NCBI GenBank assembly: GCA_023146675.1
Contig: JAGLBQ010000172.1
Coordinates: 1-42,744, forward strand
From: Cocleimonas sp.
GTDB lineage: Bacteria; Pseudomonadota; Gammaproteobacteria; Thiotrichales; Thiotrichaceae
Reading direction: 5' to 3'
DNA: 42,744 nucleotides
The position numbers and the translations under genes are program-made. A model generated the notes under the pieces. It made no database searches and had not been told where the DNA came from. It saw nothing but the letters and a program-made list of their open reading frames with translations. Below, piece after piece: positions 38,410-42,744 of this stretch; the stretch's first letter is position 1; each line of letters starts with the position of its first letter.

Positions 38410-39406
38410 TTCAAATAATAAATTTTTAGTCCTCATTAGACGAATAACGATCCTGTTATCCGTCTTTTTTTGTGCGCCTGTTATGGCAACAAACTTTGTC
38501 TACCAGTTTGAGCCTGATGATTTAATCTCGCATGAAACAATGCAACTTGAAAATATCAGTAGCTTAGGAATAGGCAATGAGAAGGTGAATCAACTTCCTG
38601 TCACTGAATTATCAGGGCTAGCTTGGGACGCGCATAAAAAACTGCTCTATGCCGTCTCTGACTCAGGTTATCTGTATCATCTTAAAATAACGATTAAACA
38701 CAAAAAATTAGTTAAAGCAACGGTGCTACGTGCCTACAAACTACGTGATAAAAAAGGGATTCCCTTTACCAGTAAATACCGTGATTCTGAAGGATTGACA
38801 TTAAAGCGTAATAATAAGGGGGTGGTTACGGAGCTGATCATTTCCTTTGAGCGAAAATTTCGGATTGTTCGTTTTACTTTGCAAGGTCAGCAATTAGGCA
38901 AAATAAAACTGCCCAATATATTGCGAAAAGAGCAACACTATCGAAGTAAAAACAAAGGACTAGAAGGTGTCACTCTGCATCCAAAATACGGTGTTATTAG
39001 CGCAACAGAGCTACCGCTAAAAATTGCTCCTAGAAACTACCAAACTCTATACTCAACTAAAGGAAAAGTTTGGCACTTCAAATTATCAAGGTATCGAAAT
39101 AGCTCAGTGACAGGGCTAGAAACCTTACCAAATGGCGATGTATTAGTGCTAGAGCGCTCTTATAATGGGCTTTTTGCTGCGATGGTTATTAGCTTACGCC
39201 AAGTTAAACTCTCTGAGTGTAATCAACTGCATCAATGTAAGGTTGAAGAACTGGCTATATTTAATAGCATTGATGGTTGGCGCGTTGATAATTTTGAAGG
39301 ATTAACGCATTACCAAGGCGATCAATACCTCATGGTGTCAGATGATAATAAAAATCCACTGCAAAATACTGTGCTGGTTTTGTTTAGTATTAAACACTTG
39401 GAATAG
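38399..39406 (+). CDS. Secreted 'esterase-like activity of phytase' (phytase-like beta-propeller) family protein
   Basis: Overlaps the anti-sigma gene by 11 nt and has a signal peptide. Repeated motifs 'LSGLAWDA..KLLYAVSDSG', 'DSEGLTL', 'NKGLEGVTL', 'VTGLETLPNGDVLVLERS' and 'NFEGLT......MVSDDN' are typical of Pfam Phytase-like (PF13449). Confidence 0.7.
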   Translation: MKRNSNNKFLVLIRRITILLSVFFCAPVMATNFVYQFEPDDLISHETMQLENISSLGIGNEKVNQLPVTELSGLAWDAHKKLLYAVSDSGYLYHLKITIKHKKLVKATVLRAYKLRDKKGIPFTSKYRDSEGLTLKRNNKGVVTELIISFERKFRIVRFTLQGQQLGKIKLPNILRKEQHYRSKNKGLEGVTLHPKYGVISATELPLKIAPRNYQTLYSTKGKVWHFKLSRYRNSSVTGLETLPNGDVLVLERSYNGLFAAMVISLRQVKLSECNQLHQCKVEELAIFNSIDGWRVDNFEGLTHYQGDQYLMVSDDNKNPLQNTVLVLFSIKHLE

Positions 39407-39716
39407 TGGGTTATTCGTAGTGGAAAAGCTTCCCTGTCGTAAAATAATGAATCTAATTCAGGGATTCAGGGAGTCGATATTTGTCCAAGTGTAAAAAATA
39501 CAAAAGTAGGCGCACTAATAAAGCAGCAGCGAATAAACTATCGCCATTGCAGCTTAAATTACAAGCACTATCAAGCCATCATTATAAAATTGCCATTCAG
39601 AACGTTGCCTGTGGATAATGAGAAGCTACAGCATTATATTTTTGACAATCCTCATCGCTATCATTTTATAAAAATGCTCTACTCTACTAGAAATTATTAT
39701 TAAGAGGAGAGGAACG

Positions 39717-39965
39717 ATGAAAGAAAAAACATTTAACCGTCTTATATATAGCATGATGATACTTGGTTTAATTATGATGCTAACGGGGATAGGACTCGCA
39801 ACCTTTACCAATATTGCATCAGGCGGTGGGTTCATGTTATTGGCATTGCTGATTGCAATTGGTATGTTGTTATTAGCACCATCTAAAATATATTTAACCT
39901 TTCAAATGATGCGCAAAAATGATGAAAAGTGCAAAAAAGTAGCACAAGAGAACCGTTCAGATTAG
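39717..39965 (+). CDS. Small two-TM membrane protein, unknown function
   Basis: A strong SD (GAGGAGAGG) lies 5 nt upstream. There are two hydrophobic helices and a basic C-terminal tail. No homology recognised. Confidence 0.5.
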   Translation: MKEKTFNRLIYSMMILGLIMMLTGIGLATFTNIASGGGFMLLALLIAIGMLLLAPSKIYLTFQMMRKNDEKCKKVAQENRSD

Positions 39966-40066
39966 AAGGACTGGGTTACGCTGATATTCATGAAATTATA
40001 ATAAGCTGAACTCAGGTGCTTTATCTCTGGATACCCGCTTGTAAACAATAATATTTCAGTTTTATA

Positions 40067-40798
40067 TCAATTTTCAAGGTTGCGTACAAAGGTGTATTTC
40101 CCAGAGTCTTTTTTCATGCGATATAATACCGCAGGGCGACCACTACCCATTGAGCGCCTTTCTCCTGTATCGATTAATAATTCAGCTTGATCAATTCGCC
40201 GCCTAAAGGATTTTTTCTGGATACTTTTACCCAGTAATGCTTCGTGAAGATGCTGTAGCTCAGGTAAGGTGAATGTTTCAGGTAGGGCATAAGCGGGTAC
40301 GATAGAGTACAGAGCTTTTTGTTTTAGTCGCTCACGTGCGGTGTTAATAATATGCGAATGATCAAATGCTAAGGTCATATTGCTGACATCATCTAACATG
40401 ATCCATTTTGCATCGATTACGGTTGAAATTTGTGCTTCACAAATTTGATGTGCAATGAGCGCCGTGTAACAAATGGTGATTGACCAACTACGTTTATCCC
40501 GTTTTGCATTGCCAACGGTATAAAGTTGTTCAAGATAGGGAGGGCTTACTCCTGTTTTTTCTTTAAGTTTTCGTAATGCTGTTTGCTCTAATGTCTGATC
40601 ATTATCTTGATCAATAAATCCACCTGGCAAGCCCCATAAACCTTTATCAGGATAGTTTGAACGTTTCACTAGTAACACTTTTAACAGCCCTTCATGATAG
40701 GTGAATAAGACAGGGTCAACTGTCATCAGTGGCGCATCAAACTCACGTTTATTATAAGTAGCAAGAAATGTTTCTTCATTTTCAGATGATGTAAGCAT
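40067..40798 (-). CDS. nrtR: NrtR-like regulator (degenerate Nudix domain plus C-terminal winged helix)
   Basis: The Nudix fold is 'LWGLPGGFID......RKLKEKTGV', with REUxEE degraded to RKLKEK. The C-terminal 'AFDHSHII..ARERLKQKALYS.VPAYALPE.FTLPELQHLHEALLGKSI.KKSFRRRI' and 'GRPAVLYR' are the NrtR wHTH signature. Confidence 0.8.
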   Translation of the reverse strand: MLTSSENEETFLATYNKREFDAPLMTVDPVLFTYHEGLLKVLLVKRSNYPDKGLWGLPGGFIDQDNDQTLEQTALRKLKEKTGVSPPYLEQLYTVGNAKRDKRSWSITICYTALIAHQICEAQISTVIDAKWIMLDDVSNMTLAFDHSHIINTARERLKQKALYSIVPAYALPETFTLPELQHLHEALLGKSIQKKSFRRRIDQAELLIDTGERRSMGSGRPAVLYRMKKDSGKYTFVRNLEN

Positions 40799-40880
40799 AG
40801 TTTATTGATCAGTTTTTTAAGAATATAGTGACCTTCCATTCTCAATTTACCCCGCTTTCATCTGTAATTCAATTTAATTA

Positions 40881-40954
40881 TGTCTAATTGACACTTATAT
40901 GTTGACATTAAATATGTCTTTAGGACACTATTGTGAAAAGTGACATAAAGACAT
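40881..40954. promoter_or_regulatory. Array of TGTC/GACA half-sites (candidate NrtR operators) overlapping two TTGACA -35-like hexamers
   Basis: TGTC-N5-GACA at 40881-40893. GACAT-N5-ATGTC at 40904-40918. TGTC-N5-GACA at 40915-40927. Direct GACATAAA units at 40942-40949 and 40950-40957. TTGACA at 40888-40893 and 40902-40907. Confidence 0.5.
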
Positions 40955-41030
40955 AAATCGACTGACCTTGAGTCTTGGTTATTATGACAAAGATTCAAGG
41001 TCAGTTAATTTACTACTGGGAGTAAATATA

Positions 41031-41570
41031 ATGAAAAACACACAAGAATTAATCAACTATTTACAAGTAGGTCATCAAGTAAGATACCTGCATTTTTGGG
41101 GACATAAACAAAAAGGTAAAGTGATTGATAAAAGTTGTTTAAGCCAATGGTTTCCTGCCTCTTTTGTTATCAATAAAAAGATTTATAGCAGCGCAGAACA
41201 CTACATGATGATAGAAAAAGCCTCTTTATTTGATGATATGGAAAGTGTTGCTAAAATTTTCGCAGTAAATAGCCCAGCAGAAGCAAAAAAGTTGGGTCGT
41301 AAAGTGAAAAATTTCGATGCTAAACGTTGGAGTAGATACAGTATAGATGCGGTTATAGCAGGGAATATTGCTAAGTTTGGACAGAACCCAGAGTTGAAAG
41401 CATTTCTAATCAATACAGCAGATGCGGTATTAGTGGAAGCCAGTCCAAGGGATAGAATTTGGGGGATTGGTATGGGAGTGAATAATGAAAATGCCTATCA
41501 ACCAGCAAATTGGCGTGGGCGTAATTTGCTGGGCTTTGCCTTAATGCAAGCGCGTAAGGAATTAAATTGA
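41031..41570 (+). CDS. NADAR (DUF1768/YbiA-like) family protein
   Basis: 'FWGH.......LSQWFPA.F.I....Y.SAEHYMM.EKA.LF.D' and 'A.EA.LVEASP.DRIWGIG' are NADAR hallmarks. The ATG at 41031 (after GGGAG) is preferred to the TTG track start at 40968. Confidence 0.85.
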   Translation: MKNTQELINYLQVGHQVRYLHFWGHKQKGKVIDKSCLSQWFPASFVINKKIYSSAEHYMMIEKASLFDDMESVAKIFAVNSPAEAKKLGRKVKNFDAKRWSRYSIDAVIAGNIAKFGQNPELKAFLINTADAVLVEASPRDRIWGIGMGVNNENAYQPANWRGRNLLGFALMQARKELN

Positions 41571-41576
41571 TACTGT

Positions 41577-42434
41577 TTATTTGGGTTTAGAAGAAGGCTT
41601 TTTAACCCGAATAACTTGCGCAATATTCCATAGATGTGGCAAATATTCAACGGCTGTTCTCAATGATTTATTGTCTTTGTCCACTTTGTGCTTGCTGTAT
41701 AAATAATGGTAGAAATTTGAAAAATTCAGCGTTATTTTCTTCCTTTTCATCTTGCGAAGCATGCGTCTTACATTTCCAGATCCCCAGTTGTAGGCAACGA
41801 TAGAAAATAGCCATGCGTCGGTTTTACTCACCTTAACAACATGACGGAAGTAAAAGTAATAGCGTTTCAAATGAATAAGCGCAATTTTTGTGCTGAGTTT
41901 ATGGCGCGAACGTAGTTTATTAATGCTGAATTTTTTTAAATAGTCAGGTGTTGTAGAGAGTTCTTTGATCTCTTTTACGATAGACGTAAGCAGTTGCCAG
42001 TAACCATAATCTTTAGATGGATCACCTGCTTTAGCTTGCCATAGTGATTCAAGATAAGGAATGAGTAGGATCATATGGGGTATATCTGCGGGAAGTTTAT
42101 AGCGCTTAACCTTTGGATAAGAGCGCTCATAAGCATCAACAAAGAGATTCTTTTTACGTTTGTTTTTCTTCCAAAAAATACGATTTCGCACGCGTTTTGT
42201 AACGGCTTTAAAATCCTTTTTTCCTTTAGATCGTAAAGACTCATTAAGAAAATAACTAAATACAATATGTGCACGCTCTGCATAGTTAGCACGGGTTGTT
42301 TTTTTGATTTCATCAGGGATTATAAAGTCCCAATCCGATTCACTTGCTGAGACTGGGTGAGTAAAAAATAGAAGGGAGATAAGTAAAAAAAAGGGAAAGA
42401 TATTGGATTTTTGCATTGTTTTTCTCATCCTCAA
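41577..42434 (-). CDS. Secreted, very basic lytic transglycosylase (SLT-domain) protein
   Basis: Signal peptide 'FFLLISLLFFTHPVSASE'. SLT-like catalytic region 'LIPYLESLWQ.KAGDPSKDYGYWQL' and 'SIVAYNWGSGNVRRM'. It is convergent with the NADAR gene, with only 6 nt between the stops. Confidence 0.65.
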   Translation of the reverse strand: MRMRKTMQKSNIFPFFLLISLLFFTHPVSASESDWDFIIPDEIKKTTRANYAERAHIVFSYFLNESLRSKGKKDFKAVTKRVRNRIFWKKNKRKKNLFVDAYERSYPKVKRYKLPADIPHMILLIPYLESLWQAKAGDPSKDYGYWQLLTSIVKEIKELSTTPDYLKKFSINKLRSRHKLSTKIALIHLKRYYFYFRHVVKVSKTDAWLFSIVAYNWGSGNVRRMLRKMKRKKITLNFSNFYHYLYSKHKVDKDNKSLRTAVEYLPHLWNIAQVIRVKKPSSKPK

Positions 42435-42546
42435 ATGAGGAATATTAGGCTGGTTAAGTAATTAATATAACGATACTTTATTTGCTTTTTAAAATCTATA
42501 AAATGATTAACTATAGATCTATATCGAAAAAAATAGGAGAGTCAAG

Positions 42547-42741
42547 ATGAAACACACAGACAATATCAAGCATTATGATGATTTAGAGGTGCTAGCCGAA
42601 TCCTTGGGGGATTTATATTATGACAGTTTGGCAGATTTTTTAAATTTGCTCAGTGATAAAATATTGAGTGATGGGGAGGCTGATAGGCGGCGTAATCGCA
42701 CTAAACTCAGTGGGCATTTACCCTACATTCCGCACCCCTAA
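42547..42741 (+). CDS. Hypothetical 64-aa acidic protein
   Basis: AGGAGA SD lies 6 nt upstream of the ATG. No recognisable motif. It sits at the window edge. Confidence 0.35.
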   Translation: MKHTDNIKHYDDLEVLAESLGDLYYDSLADFLNLLSDKILSDGEADRRRNRTKLSGHLPYIPHP

Positions 42742-42744
42742 AAT

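Noticed and set aside
39626-39835. 69-aa minus-strand ORF
   Set aside because: It is antisense to, and overlaps, the better-supported small membrane protein gene (strong SD at 39703-39711), and its sequence carries little information.
40968-41030. TTG-initiated N-terminal extension of the NADAR ORF
   Set aside because: It has no SD and lies in the operator/promoter region. The ATG at 41031 has a GGGAG SD and gives the usual NADAR length.

Overview
This AT-rich, bacterial chromosomal window looks gammaproteobacterial and is centred on the replication-origin neighbourhood. The core is mnmE-yidC-rnpA-rpmH on the minus strand, facing dnaA-dnaN-recF-gyrB on the plus strand. rpmH (44 aa) is missing from the ORF track and was found by hand translation. 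The 252-bp dnaA-dnaN spacer holds a dense cluster of DnaA boxes and is my oriC candidate.

Left of the origin (1-20 kb):
- A BASS transporter and a MenA-like prenyltransferase.
- A DsbD_2/TauE-like membrane protein translationally coupled to a degenerate sigma54-activator-like regulator.
- An orphan moaC and a LysR / DUF1127 / DoxX module.
- smr, then surE-pcm-yqaA followed by a LysM-only repeat lipoprotein in the nlpD position, with no M23 domain and no rpoS.
- Two Amidase_3 genes flanking an orphan tusE, then cobQ and dacB.

Right of the origin (27-43 kb):
- A very basic DUF1287 repeat lipoprotein and a thioredoxin-like protein.
- A decayed oxyR pseudogene lying divergent to intact Prx5-Grx and gor genes.
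- rapA and a BON/OmpA-like protein.
- An overlapping ECF sigma / RskA anti-sigma / phytase-like operon.
- A divergent NrtR-NADAR pair with an array of TGTC/GACA half-sites.
- A basic SLT transglycosylase.

I saw no CRISPR array, IS element, integrase, tRNA or rRNA, and no recognisable defence island.

The most unusual items are:
- the pseudo-enzyme-like sigma54 activator paired with a membrane protein;
- the oxyR decay;
- the YTP-repeat cell-wall lipoproteins;
- the oriC architecture plus outlying consensus DnaA boxes;
- the NrtR operator array.

All homology calls come from motif recognition by eye. No database search or computation was run.
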